From Microthyrium microscopicum (lineage: Eukaryota): 64,000 nt of DNA. Below, piece after piece: positions 51,666-64,000 of this stretch. Location: contig MU004230.1 of the NCBI GenBank assembly GCA_010405405.1, positions 1,088,627-1,152,626 on the forward strand. The letters run 5' to 3'. The stretch's first letter is position 1. Each line of letters opens with the position of its first letter. A model generated the notes under the pieces. It was not told the origin of the DNA. It worked only from the letters and a program-made list of their open reading frames with translations, and ran no database searches. The position numbers and the translations under genes are program-made.

Positions 51666-52657
51666 ATGGGCCGTGGACCGTAAATTAACTACTTGAACCT
51701 GTTGATGTATTTTTACTGACTTTCATCGATAGAAAGAAGCACATGAAACGCCTTGCGGCGCCGTCGCATTGGCTCCTCGACAAACTCAGCGGTGTCTACG
51801 CTCCTCGCCCATCTCCAGGTCCTCACAAGCTTCGCGACTGCATGCCTCTCATCGTGTTCATGCGCAATCGTCTAAAGTATGCCCTCAATGGACGCGAAGT
51901 CAAGGCCATCGTCATGCAGCGCCTCATCAAGGTCGACAACAAAGTCCGCACCGACTCGAACTTTCCCGCCGGATTCATGGATGTCATCTCCATTGAGAAG
52001 ACTGGCGAGCACTTCCGTCTCGTCTACGATACCAAGGGCCGATTCACTGTCCACCGCATCACCGCCGAAGAAGCCGAATACAAGCTTGGCAAGGTGAAGC
52101 GGGTCCAACTGGGCAAGGGCGGCATTCCCTACTTGGTTACGCATGATGCGCGAACGTTAGTTTCCATCTATCAGCCGTTGGACCAAGTTTGGGCTTCGGC
52201 AAGTACTCCTGCTTTGTGCTGAAGCTGACAATTATTCCAGAATCCGTTACCCCGACCCAGCCATCAAGGTCAACGACACTGTCAAGATTGATTTGAGCAC
52301 TGGCAAGATCACCGATTTCATCAAGTTCGATACCGGTGCCATCGCCATGGTCACTGGTGGTCGCAACATGGGCCGTGTTGGTGTTATCACCCATCGTGAG
52401 CGTCACGATGGTGGCTTCAACATCATCCACATCAAGGATGCTGTCGAGAACGAATTCGCTACTCGTGAGGGTAACGTTTTCGTCATTGGCCGCGAGAAGC
52501 CATGGGTCTCTCTGCCCAAGGGCAAGGGTGTCAAGGTACGATACATTTTCCCCAACAATATTTGGAGGGATTCGCCTTACTGACTTGTGTGCAGCTTACT
52601 ATCGCTGAGGAGCGTGATCGCCGTCGTGCTTTCTCTCTGGCTCAACAGAGCCGGTAG
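51666..52657 (+). CDS. RPS4: 40S ribosomal protein S4 (eS4); 4 exons
   Basis: [32 protein letters not shown]..; [26 protein letters not shown]; strong codon bias. Confidence 0.98.
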
Positions 52658-54542
52658 GTAATGTGATAGCATACCTGTGTGGTGGCTTTCGCAGATTACT
52701 GTCATGAGTGGGGGTGTGGCTTTTGATGACATTGCAGCCTGTAGGATTGGCGTCAAACGGCATCTAGGATGGGTAGGCAGTCAAAATGCATCACAAGGAT
52801 TAGAAATAAATCCTTGATTCTTCAAAACTGTGGCTATTGATGTTACCATGATCTCCACTAGTACAACCCGTGTTATGAGAACGCGACAAGTACGCGAGCC
52901 GAAACCCTGGCGATCGGTAAGAGTGACATCCGATCACTATCTGGAGTCGCACGACATCCGCGAGCTCCACTTGCGCAAAATTGATCAAGACACAAAAAGG
53001 TCATGACGTAGAAACCGGTTGCTGCGATGGTGGGTAGGTTCTGAGGCTGTGATACACTTAACCCCTAACTAGAATTTGTAAAAACTATAGGGCTGAAGAA
53101 ATAGCTGGGAATCTGTTGGCAAGCGAGTAGTCGCCACGTACTGTGGCGGGCTACAAAAGTATGCAGAGCCCCAGGGCTGGGTCATTTTGCAAGGCTGAAC
53201 TTTACCAGTACAGGTTTTGCTAAATGCTTGTCATAGGATTTATAGCAATGTGCTATATATGGCCAGGTAGTATCACGGAACGATTCAAGTGGTTACGAGG
53301 CCCATGACTTGAAGTAACCGCTTATGACCTGAAGCTTATCAAAAAGTTAGAGATGGTATGAGGGACTGTTGTGCAGCTTCAGAAGGCTCTCGGGTAATGG
53401 ATTGAGGCACAGTAATTGGCCGGGTGTGGGGCTGGCACGTTACGGAAGAAATAGATGGGATAGACATGTTTCCTGGGAATGGAATTAATTGGGGGAGAGT
53501 GGAGGATAGCCGCGGTACGGCGTCTGAGCCTATTTTGGCGTTGAGAAAGGGTAACAGTTTGTTCGGTTTGTATGGTACGATTATGGTTGGGGGTATTTTG
53601 GTAGCGATGGATTGTTATGCTCTCGTTGTTCTAGAGTACATATTGCCAGGCGTATGTTCTCCAAACTGCTATCGTTGATATTGTAAATGCTGCATCAACA
53701 TCTGAAAGTTGGGTTGTACCTGCCATTATTTGGTGGATCGCAACTGCGGTTTCCTGCAGAGTCAGGGAAGAACCTTGTGCTGCGTTCCTTCCTTCAAGAG
53801 TCAATCGTTCGTAAAGTTCCTTCCGCAAGTTCAGCGGGCAGAACCAACGGGCTCTAACGTCGTACCTTCCCTAAATCAGCAAGTGCCTTCCTCCCCCAGC
53901 ATCTCCAACCATCACCCATCTCTGCAGGCAGGCGCAATGGTGTTTCACGTTTCCTGGCCCTGACTTTGTCCAATAAATTCAATAAATTCAATCTCAACTA
54001 ATCTCCTTGGATCCATCAGCCCACATCGCCTCCAATCATCATCTCGTCTGCCCTCAACTCCTGGCGACGTATCAAATTCCAATTGTTCTACCACTTTGTC
54101 AGGTTGCTGTCGTCCCGCTCAATCACTTTTTCCTCCTGCTCTATTGTTCCTGTTGTTCTACTTGTCACTGCCTGTTTCAACTCCTGTCTTAACTGTCTTG
54201 TTCTGGATTCGCGGCCTCCCAAAACTTCCCCGTGTGTAGTCGTTAGTGCGCATTACAGCGTCTGATCAGTGGTCACAATTGTCAGACTGTCTGGATCTCC
54301 CGGCCTAGTGTGCCGTCTTGATTGCGCGCGACATCATCTGTCCGCAGCACGGTAGTACCCACTATTTCCCGCCAACCTACGATCTATCTACGATCCTACA
54401 CACTATCCATCGACAAACACACCCAATAGTCCCAATGACTGCCGTCCGTCACCACGGCCTCTGCTTTACGTCTCTTGCGCTTCGGCGTTGATTATCCCAA
54501 CCTTTGTAGAGGGGCGGGTCGTCTTCAACACCAATCGTCGCC

Positions 54543-56855
54543 ATGTTACGACCGGCGACGCCGCTGACGATCCTCTTCTTCATCGCCTTCGTCCTGCTAC
54601 TACTGGCCTCGCTCTCAACGCCTGTCATCAAAGGAATATCCCTGGGCGAGGATGAAGGCACTCAATTTGGAGTTTGGGGGTTCTGTTCCCAAGATGGTGT
54701 CAATTGCTCCCAAATTGAAGTAGGATACACTGTCGACGACATTGCGCCTACCAAAAATGATTTCAAACTTAATGCCGAAACGCGCCATTCGGCTTCTTAT
54801 ATTCTCATAGCACACCCTATTGCCGCTTTACTCAGCTTGGTCTGTACCTGCATGGCCATCGCATCGCATTTTCACGGTCCCTCGCATTCTACACGCTATT
54901 TACTGGGCATGTTTCTAATGACCATTCCCACCTTTATCGCTTCTCTCCTGGCCTTTCTCATCGACATTCTACTGTTCGTACCGCATTTAAAATGGGGTAG
55001 CTACCTCGTAATCGCTGCAACCGTGGTCATTTTGATTGCCAGTATACTCACCTGTGGTTTGCGACGGACCCTCAGCAGCAGAAAGGACAGAAGAAAAAGA
55101 ATTGCAGAAAATGCAGAAATGAGTGGAGAGAATTACTTTAATCGACAAGGAACGAAAACTATCGCACCGGCCAGAGTGGAATCACCACCAGCTCTTTCTG
55201 GAACTTCGGTGTCTCCATTGAAAGAAAAGGCAATGGGATTTGGCTCCTTCGATTCCAAGCCGAGGTCGATCATGGACGATCAAAGGCCGCTGAACCCTCC
55301 CAATAATGGCTTCCGAACCATGACTACAGATGCCGAGCGTAATGGCTATAGCAATAGCTCCTTACCCGGCCGTCCCAGAGACCCGTACGGACAAGATTTT
55401 CGCGGAGCAGATTCTGCACCTTCACTACTAGCTGCCGGAGGAGCTGCAATGGGTAATCGGGGCCGTGGTCGTTACGGCAGCTCTCGGGGCTTCTCACAGC
55501 GTGGAGGATCGATGGGAGGTCGTGGCGGTGGTCCATACGGTGGACCGTATGGACCAGGATATTCAAATGGTAATAATGGGTATGGCATGAGGTCACAACA
55601 AAATAATCCATCGGCAGGCTTTGACGGCGCAGGAAGAGGAGGATATGGATCCCCAGGTCCAGGACGCGGAGGTATGATGGGACGCGGTCCTTCACCACTT
55701 TATGACATTGATCCGTATTATGGCAGTGCACCGAATTTATCGAGAACAACGTCACCCTATGACAGAACTGGGAGATCGAACTCTCCCTCGCCACCAATAC
55801 CAACCAATACACTCCCTCCAATAGAGTCATCTGAGCTACCTGGCGATGGGAGGCCAGGGTCAAGGACTCCATCAGGAAACCACTATATGGGGGCGACGGG
55901 TGGAATGGGTCAATTATCACAACAGTGAGTTCAGTTCGCTACTTGATTATAATATCTGACCAGCTATAGATCCTACGTACCTCCTCGCGCGCAATGGACG
56001 TCAAAGTCAGGGACTCCGACTAACCAAAACTCCCGGCTGTCGCCTATACAAGGCTCGCCAATCAACCTCACATCTTCTACACGCGTTGACAGTATTGATA
56101 CCTACTTTGAGGATGTGGATCCTCGTTTTGCCAACGACCCACTTCCACAACAATCTAGTCATATTGCTGCATCGGGTGGTGGACCGCCAGGTATTGATCA
56201 ACTCCCGCCAGCTCTCGTACCTGGGCGTCACACTGCTTCTCCTGGACCTGGACTTACCAACTCGCCACCCTCAGCCAACGATATCCAACCGCTGCCACCT
56301 GTCGACCGCTTTGGTGCAACATCAAATAATCAATATGGTCCTCCAAGAGCCGGTAATCCTCGGTACGCTGCCCCGGATAACTATGAAATCGGCGGGCACC
56401 GCTATCTTCGCCCACCGCCCCTTTTTGATGGCCGTCAAAATCGCTCATTTGACTCTCTTCCACTCCAGGAAGGTCAACGCTCACCAGCCAATTCCGACGG
56501 CTCCCACTTCACCTCCATCTCACAGCGAGGCATCAACCCTTCATGGCGCCCCGGCTTCGGACCAAAAGGCCCTGGCTCAGCACACTCGCGAACACGAGAA
56601 CGACGCGGCGAAGAAGCTCTGCTAGATGCCAACCCCGACTTTGCACTTCCACCCGGTCGCGGTGGCTTCGGTGGCGGCCGAGCACGTGGTGGACGCGGCC
56701 GAGGAAGCAATCTTGGCATAGGATCCGGCCGCTCAGGCAGTCTTCCAGGCAACATTGGCGGACTCGGCGACGGACCATATCCCATGCCCTCACCAGGGGC
56801 TACGGGCGCGCGAACCATGATGTCGAATGACGGACGATACCCGACGCCGATATAG
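54543..56855 (+). CDS. PalI/Rim9 (SUR7 family) pH-signalling membrane protein with long disordered tail; one intron (~55925-55969)
   Basis: MLRPATPLTILFFIAFVLLLLASLSTPVI, FGVWGFC, C..C loop, HPIAALL, LIDILLFVPH..WG, RRTL.SRK.R.KRIAENAEMSGENY; C-terminal SHFTSISQRGINP. Confidence 0.88.
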
Positions 56856-58651
56856 CGCATAAGCGGTCGGATAGAAGAGTAGTTGAGTATTGATTGAATG
56901 GTTGGTGGAAAGAGCACATATGATACCCCTACCTTATGAACTTTTCTTGTTATGATGATTTTTTGCTTGCTTACAACCAAAGTGGTATAGCTTGTGGATA
57001 TGGACATGTTGTTGTTTTACTATGCCTATACGCGAAAGGCTTAGGCGTCACTCTTTTGCGGCAGCAGACGAGGTCTGCATGGCTGCTGTGGTATGTGGAT
57101 AATGTATCTTTACGACGATGAATCGAGGGGATGTGTCTATAGACGGTCTAGATACATGGACCTAATATCAAAATTATTACAAGTCTAACATTGTTGTTTT
57201 CTGTTCATGACAACTCGCACTCCAGCACTCCGGTAGCAGTCATTCGATTCTTGAGGTCCTACTAAAAAAAGAAACGAGGGAGCTATTCGATATCATAACA
57301 AATGGTACTGGTAATTGGGCTGAAGCCTGTGGTTAGAAGGCCTTTACAACTTGGCAGCTCTAATGCAGGTTTGTCCACTTGGTATCATTGGCATCCAGCT
57401 GCAATGATAGTATTAAGATTTCGATTGTAACTTGTGGTTGTTATGCCTGGCTTCTGAGATGCATTTCAGGGCCAGAATCCGCTGTCCAGGTTGAAAAAGC
57501 CATATCGATAACGACTGAGAGATAGATACAGATGCAGCTATTCCAACTGCTTTCGAGAATCATTCAGACAAGAATAATTATGGCTTCTGAAAAGGAAAAT
57601 ACACCTCGTGCTGCATGGGTAACATGGATGATATCCCTGATCTTCAATGCGATATTGGTGTTGATATTGCTTTCAAATTGGAAGTTGCCAGCCAGTAGGT
57701 AGTTCGCAAGGAGAAGTCAACCGATTTTTCTCGAATGATTGTACTTACACATGGCTTTTCTCCTCATTTTCGTGATAATATTCCCGAGCACCAAAACCGT
57801 TTAGCATCGCAGTAGAATATAAAATTAGGACAACGACAGAGCAGCACTGATCCGGCCCATTATGAATTGGTATGTCGGATGTTTCAGCATTGGGTTTGTA
57901 CAGTTCTTTGGCGCAGGGCTTGTTGGTTCGAAGTAGTCCGAAGGATTTGGCGAATTGTGGGAACCTATTTAGATTACATGTTGTAAACCTAGAGATGGGA
58001 ACCATGAGCTCGGCTGACGGTTGGCTTTCTTTCGAAAGCGAGGACTGGCCGAACCAGAGTCTAATTGCTCAAGATGATCTAAATCCAACATTATTACTTT
58101 GACATGTATTGATTCGACCATATAGATTTTTCCAATGGATTGGGTATGATGTTAGTCAACAAACCAGTAAGAACAATATATCTATAACATTCAAACCATT
58201 TCCAAACCACCCACCCCGCGAGCGATTCTTCTCCAAAACGCTCGGAAGTACCGAATCTGAGAACGTTATATTGCAAAATGGCAGGATTGTATGGCTAGAG
58301 AAGGACAATAGTTTGATCCTGCGGAAATTTATGGTGTTCAGCCTAGTTGAAAGTCTCATGACGATCTCTAATACCCTTGAGTTATCCCAGCTATGGCCAA
58401 TCCTAATCTTAGACTCTATTTAACTATATTCTCGCCTCTGCCTGAATCTTGTTCTAGGCTAATATCGATCTTAGAGATCGACCTAATAAGGCAGGTAAGT
58501 TTGATATTGGTGCAGTCCAGCTCTATAGCGTCGGACTCGCCATTGAACACATCCATATATCGTGGGCTCTTGCCCTGTGAGCAGTTGCTGATGCTCTAGC
58601 AGACCCGTTCCCTACTCTAAGATCAGTAAACTCTTGAAAGGCCACGGAATC

Positions 58652-59834
58652 ATGAAGACTGTCATTGCTACATCGCTCCTTGCGGGCATCCAGCTCGCTG
58701 CTGCCCACAGTGGTGTGTGGAACCTTGATATCGATGGCAACAAGTATGATCTGACCCCCTTTGCAATGATTATGCCCGGTCTGATATTCTTTTAGCTATC
58801 CAGCTCGCGATACAAGATTGGATGGAAAGCTCGGTGCTAAGCGTATCGAGTGGAGCTTCAGTGACTCTGGAGTACCGTGGGCACCAATTCCCAATGTCAA
58901 CAATGCAGGCATGGCTTGTAAGCGCACAATCCATACATCTTGTACAAGCAGCTCCAGCTAACATAATATAACTCGAAGGCGGCGCAAATCCAGGTCCCCC
59001 AGCTCTCAAAGCTGTTGCTCGTGCCGGAGCACCCATGACTGTTCAATGGAGTGGAATCGTCCGAACGCATCTCGGGCCAACAATTACCGTGAGTATGATC
59101 GAAAGTTCTATCACATATCAAGTTGACCTTCATCTTAGTGGCTTGCTCCTTACACACCAGGAATATCAGCAAACGCTCTACAATTCTTCAAGATCCACGA
59201 GATCGGCTACGACACAAAGCAAAAGCTGTGGGCCAACGAAATCCTGATCAAGAACGATCGTAAGAACACTTTCAAACTTCCCAGTGACCTCAAGCCGGGC
59301 ATGTACACCCTCCGAACCGAGCTCGTTGCTCTTCACTACTCATCCACCCAAGGACCCCAAGTCTACCCTCACTGCTTCAACATCTACATCAACGGAACCG
59401 GAACCGCGACCCCAAGCGGTGTCAAGTTCCCCGGTGGCTATGCTGCTAGAGAGCCAGGTTTCGTCACCAACCTGTTCGACAAGAGCGGCAAACCACTCAA
59501 CTGGGAGAAATACGTTGTCCCCGGCCCACCCGTCTATGCCGGCAAGTACGACGCCCCAACTGGTCCTGCGCCAGTAGTCAGCGAAAAAGATCGTGGAATC
59601 TTCCCAGCCGCGTTCCAGGCCAAATATGAGGCGTTCAAGAAGAAGGAGGATGATGAAGGTCTGTATTTCAATGACAAGATCAACAAGGGACAAGAGTCCA
59701 TTGGACACAACCAAGTCAAGGGCGAGGGCAATATCCAGCCTGCTTTCACGGAGCACTTTGCGAATCAGCGCAAGCTTGAGGCTGAATTGGCAGCTCTCAG
59801 ACGTGAGGCTCAACAGCTTGGAATCGCTACTTAG
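58652..59834 (+). CDS. Secreted lytic polysaccharide monooxygenase, AA9 (GH61), with C-terminal extension; 4 exons
   Basis: Signal peptide MKTVIATSLLAGIQLAAA followed by His1; HLGP (second His); FFKI; GMYTLRTELVALH..GPQVYPHC (H-x-Q-x-Y); FPGGY. Confidence 0.88.
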
Positions 59835-60105
59835 AAGCTTTTCTTTCTTCTTCTATTCTTGTCAATACACTTTTTTGAGCGTTGATCTTTTGAATATGTG
59901 AATTGAACTGACATTTGACTCAATTCCATTGCTGTGAAAGAGCCTGAGCTGTTGCACAGGTTTTGACTAACGTTATCGTATGGAGTACAGACAAAGACAG
60001 CGACGCCAGCAATTGCAATGGGGAGCAAGGATCTCGATTTGGTCTGGATGGTCACCAATTCTTCTGAGAATTGATATCATTTTGAGATTTCATGTCGTGT
60101 TAGAA

Positions 60106-62172
60106 TCAGCCAGTACATCGCTCCCATGGTTCTCTGTAGTCGAGTCCCATGCCCTTGAACACTGCCTTCTCAGCATCAATCATGTCCCCGTCAACGCCAT
60201 TCTCCCTTTCCAAGTTGACCACTTCACCAGTCCTACGACTACGAACACCGCTGCTATCAAACTTCCATTCCTTCTCATACTTGCAATATCTTCGAGCATC
60301 CCGCTGAAACGTCGTCCCACCACTCCATCCAAGTACAGCACAACCCACCGTTCGCCACGGAGAAATGATGATGTCGACTCGCCGATGAGGATTGGGGTTC
60401 TTTGCATCTGGATTCTCCTTGAGATCTGCTTCCTTCGTCGGCCAATTAGTGTCTTGCCATACCACCAGCGCCTTATCCAACGTATCAAACCCAGCGCCTG
60501 GCACCTTATCACCCGGATTATTGAAGGGCAGTGTACTCTGCCCCCTTTCCGTCGCCCGCAACGAAAGCGTCAATGTATGCGTAATCCATCCCGCATCCTC
60601 CAAACTCGTTACGATATCCGTCACCAAATGCGCCGTCTTGCTCAACTCGCGATGCGACACAATCATATCAACATCTCCAGACCTTTCCTTTCCGCGCCGG
60701 AAACCACCCACTGCCATTAACTGTATACCGTCGTCCCGCACTTTGATGGAATGTTCACGCACTATGGCAACAATCTGCTCAACTTCCGCTCTGGGAATGC
60801 CAAGCTGAAACTCGTCGTAGAATTTGACGCCAATCTGCTGCACGCGGGTCAACTTTGTCCACCCAAACTCTACAACGTCATCAATGTCTCGCCAGCCTTT
60901 CTCGTACCAGAAATGGCGTGCTGTCGTTCCGCCTACACCCCAGATCTCGTAGAAAACGTTCAGCGCTTTGAGTGTATCGTCTTCGTCCACCTCGTTCGCT
61001 GCTGCTATGCTGCCTGTGTTGCGGTACTCGACCCATAGATTCGCAATGGTCAGCGAACAGCCTGGCAGTCTAGTGATCTCGCGTGGATGGACAAGCTTTG
61101 TTGGTACAGCTGCCAGAGATGCAATGGCGGATGAGTAAGCGCGAATACCAATATCATCGCCTGTCAGCGTACGAGCTAGACGGATGCGTTTTAGCAATGC
61201 GATGAATGGCTCATTGGGCGGATCTGGTGGTGTAACACGCTGGCACGAGTAACTCAAGCCCTGGCGGACCCAAGCTGGTGGAGGTGGGAGCGGATGGTCT
61301 GTAGATGGCTGACCTTCTTGAGAGGAGACGGTTTCGAGTTCAAGCATTTTCGGCCGTTTGCCTTCCACTGTGCCGCCGTGTCCTTGGTCACGAAAACGAC
61401 GGCGGCCATGTGGTGCACTGGCGAAGCGGGTTGATGGGCCGGCAGATGGAGGTGGACTGTCGGCGCGGGCGCGGGCTAGGATTGAGGCTATGTCGGTCTT
61501 TTCCTTTGGTAGAGTGGGAGTGGGGTTGTTTGGTATGAAGTCGGGAGAAATGAGGCTGTCATTACGTGTCATTCTTTGACCTTCGTAGACGAGGTATTTG
61601 TAGATGGGCAGGACTTTATGCTGGGATAATGATTCTTCAAGCCAAGCCAGTTTGACGACGAGAATGTTTGATACTGCAAGTAGTTCTTTAAGAGCAATTG
61701 ACGATGTTTTTGGTGATGTCTCCGTTGCCAATGCAGAAAAAGACTGACTGAGCTTATCTTCCAGCTTTGGAGACTCATCACCCTCCGTTTCAGACCCAGA
61801 TTCGGTCGCCGAACTATCAAGTCGCCTCAGCTTCCGTGCTTTCAGTTCTTCTTCGGAATGGCCTCTTTTCACATGTATTCTCTCCTCTGGCGGCTTGAAG
61901 CTCGAGGTTTCCACGTCCTCTGCATTGATATGCGCGCGTCGCAGCACGAATTTGGCTCGTTTCTTGGTGTTCACTTTTCCAACAAAGAGATTTGTTTCGG
62001 CAGGATCGTATGTGAGCAATGCGCCGCATTGAATCAGCCTATCTTCCAGGTCGTGTAAATCATCTGTTGAGATATCATCTGCTACGATGAATACTGGTGG
62101 TAGCTCAGATAAGTCTAGTTCATGCTTCTCATCTGGCGCTGGTGATGAGCTAAAGCCACGCGTGGAAGGCAT
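60106..62172 (-). CDS. Family X DNA polymerase (Pol4/Pol mu-like) with N-terminal BRCT domain
   Basis: BRCT VVKLAWLEES; RAYSSAIASL; IWGVGGTTA (HhH); GGFRRGKERSGDVDMI; RRVDII; LGWSGG; YREPWERCT. Confidence 0.92.
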   Translation of the reverse strand: MPSTRGFSSSPAPDEKHELDLSELPPVFIVADDISTDDLHDLEDRLIQCGALLTYDPAETNLFVGKVNTKKRAKFVLRRAHINAEDVETSSFKPPEERIHVKRGHSEEELKARKLRRLDSSATESGSETEGDESPKLEDKLSQSFSALATETSPKTSSIALKELLAVSNILVVKLAWLEESLSQHKVLPIYKYLVYEGQRMTRNDSLISPDFIPNNPTPTLPKEKTDIASILARARADSPPPSAGPSTRFASAPHGRRRFRDQGHGGTVEGKRPKMLELETVSSQEGQPSTDHPLPPPPAWVRQGLSYSCQRVTPPDPPNEPFIALLKRIRLARTLTGDDIGIRAYSSAIASLAAVPTKLVHPREITRLPGCSLTIANLWVEYRNTGSIAAANEVDEDDTLKALNVFYEIWGVGGTTARHFWYEKGWRDIDDVVEFGWTKLTRVQQIGVKFYDEFQLGIPRAEVEQIVAIVREHSIKVRDDGIQLMAVGGFRRGKERSGDVDMIVSHRELSKTAHLVTDIVTSLEDAGWITHTLTLSLRATERGQSTLPFNNPGDKVPGAGFDTLDKALVVWQDTNWPTKEADLKENPDAKNPNPHRRVDIIISPWRTVGCAVLGWSGGTTFQRDARRYCKYEKEWKFDSSGVRSRRTGEVVNLERENGVDGDMIDAEKAVFKGMGLDYREPWERCTG

Positions 62173-62544
62173 CTTGAGATTTATCCAAAAAACCGCGATG
62201 CCGACACGCAAGCTAGGTATGACGCGTATCGTATATAATGTCCAGAAGTGCGCCTTAACAGTCTGTGGGATGAGCAACTAGTATAGTCGATATATAAGTC
62301 GCGATTACCTATTTTGGTAGTGATAAGGGTATGTGCTCTGGTGGTATCATTTGTTCGTTAGTGGTCCAGTATCCAATCTGACATTGTCATTGAGGCTCAA
62401 AGTAATGAATATAATCATTTCCTCGATCTTCACACGTCTCCATTCCTGTGACCAATTGACAAAAGGATGACGGAGCCAAGCTGCGATTTGAGCTCAGGTC
62501 AGGTCAAGTGAAAGCTTTCGGAAAGATATCAGTGAGCCTTGTGC

Positions 62545-62583
62545 TGAGGTAATAAGGTGAGGTAATAAGGTGAGGTAAAAAGG
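62545..62583. repeat. 13-bp tandem repeat (TGAGGTAATAAGG)x3 in the divergent PolX / oxidase promoter
   Basis: Two exact copies plus one with a single T>A change. Confidence 0.85.
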
Positions 62584-62829
62584 TATATTTCGTCTAGAGA
62601 TGATGAAGAATGCAGGATGGGGAAGTGGGAAAGAGGTACCTGTGATGAAGTGAAGTCATGGAAAACCAGGATTCATTATAGGCGAGGTTCAATACCCCGC
62701 CCAGCCACGATATGCAAATGGGAAGGTCACCTGTTTCGTCCCAAGAATCGTATGTCTTCTACTCATCTTGCATCCAACCTCTAAGCTTTCGGCAACATTC
62801 GCCATAAACTGTAATCTGCTGAAAGAGGC

Positions 62830-64000
62830 ATGTTTAACATCAATTTCAATCCTTCCAAATGGATACCAAACTTTGGCTCCGCTGCCACTACGGTGATTAA
62901 GCTACCCTCTGTGGCAATTGATGACATCGAGACATCGACGGACAGAGTTGCTAGGCGACTGAAGCATCTCATCTTGGCCAACCATGCCAACCACTCTATC
63001 CTATATCATAAACTGGAATTTCACAATCACACGGCACATGTAAATGGTCCGTCAAACTGTTTTATTGCTGTCCAGCTTACCTATTGTCAAGGCCTTGGGC
63101 GCTGCGTATTTGCTAGGAGGAACGGCAGAACATCTTACGGATATATACGATGAAGAGATCAGAGAGCTAGAGTCCTGGGAAGACGCACCTGGTGAAATCA
63201 GTGCCGACGACTGGAGAGACTACCTAGGCAAGAAAGAGTACGCATCCTCTTGAGTTAAGGACTAGTACTGACAGGTCAGATATCAACGGGCCTATGTTGA
63301 CTTCTTTGAAGACCAAATGGTCACACATTCTTATCACTGGAAAGAGCTCATCCAAGAGTACCTATTCGAAGGCGAAAAGCCGTTGGTCAACAATCTGATA
63401 TCAGGTCGTAAGTTGACATTTCGGACGTTTACGCCTCAGCTGCTCATTACCTAGTCGCCCACAGCATGATACATACTGGCTATGCTCTAGAACTAGACTC
63501 CAAGACACTGGCTATCGAAGCTCTAGCCATGAGTTGCTGCTGTTATAATTTTATGCACAAATATCTAGATGACCCAACATACAGCCAACGCACCTCAACC
63601 CAGCCACCATCCTCACTACTCAACATAATGCATAAGATAAGAGAGGATAAACGATTCGATGAGTCGCAGAGCACACCCGGCGAATTTGACCTCGAAAAGC
63701 TTTTTGCATCACGCGAAGATGAGATTTTGGAATACTGGAACGCATGGGATCTGAGCGACCCAACCGCGCAATTCCAAGAATCACAACGTGTCGCTGCCGC
63801 TCTCGTCGCCGGTTCAAGTCCACGCGAAGGAGACTACAATTTCTTCTCCGCACATGTTCTTACCAGCTCCCACGCAGTCCGCGTCCTCCTGCCTCTTGTG
63901 CCAGCGCAACATCAGCTCTCGCTGGTCCGCCAATGGGCATTGTTAACCATCGCTGTGTACATTCTACAAGGCCGGCCACCAATTTCGACCGAAATGATCT
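62830..64000 (+). CDS. Questin-oxidase-like / HypA / DUF4243 family oxidoreductase, partial (runs off window end)
   Basis: ANHANHSILYH..FHNHTAH, DWRDYLGK, YQRAYVDFFED, AHSMIHTGYALE, NFFSAHVLTSSHAVRVL. Confidence 0.72.

Overview
Gene-dense, intron-containing DNA from a filamentous ascomycete (Pezizomycotina; GT-AG introns with CTRAC branch sites). About 25 protein-coding genes can be supported: SCO1-like (partial), CENP-O/Mcm21, ATP sulfurylase (MET3), aquaporin, Vma22/CCDC115, COQ4, PDCD5, CDC1-like metallophosphoesterase, a divergent V-ATPase c subunit, CPA1/arg-2 with its arginine attenuator peptide (AAP) uORF, a TMEM184/DUF300 transporter, BUB2, a SulP sulfate permease, a 1625-aa RNAi RdRP, a DHA2-type MFS transporter, two tandem cysteine-synthase-like/rhodanese fusions, a secreted alpha/beta hydrolase, DLD1, HOM2, RPS4, PalI/Rim9, an AA9 LPMO, a Pol X polymerase and a questin-oxidase-like gene (partial). 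Four things stand out. (1) The intact 24-aa AAP can only be made by splicing an intron that ends in TG rather than AG. (2) A ~1-kb non-coding element has 8-bp flanking direct repeats, imperfect TIRs, matching terminal stem-loops and an internal 13-6-13 palindrome. (3) The MFS, the twin cysteine-synthase-rhodanese genes and the hydrolase form an accessory-looking block beside that element. (4) A dense TGAGAC motif array lies upstream of the RdRP. All calls were made by eye from motifs, no database searches were run, and exon boundaries are manual estimates.
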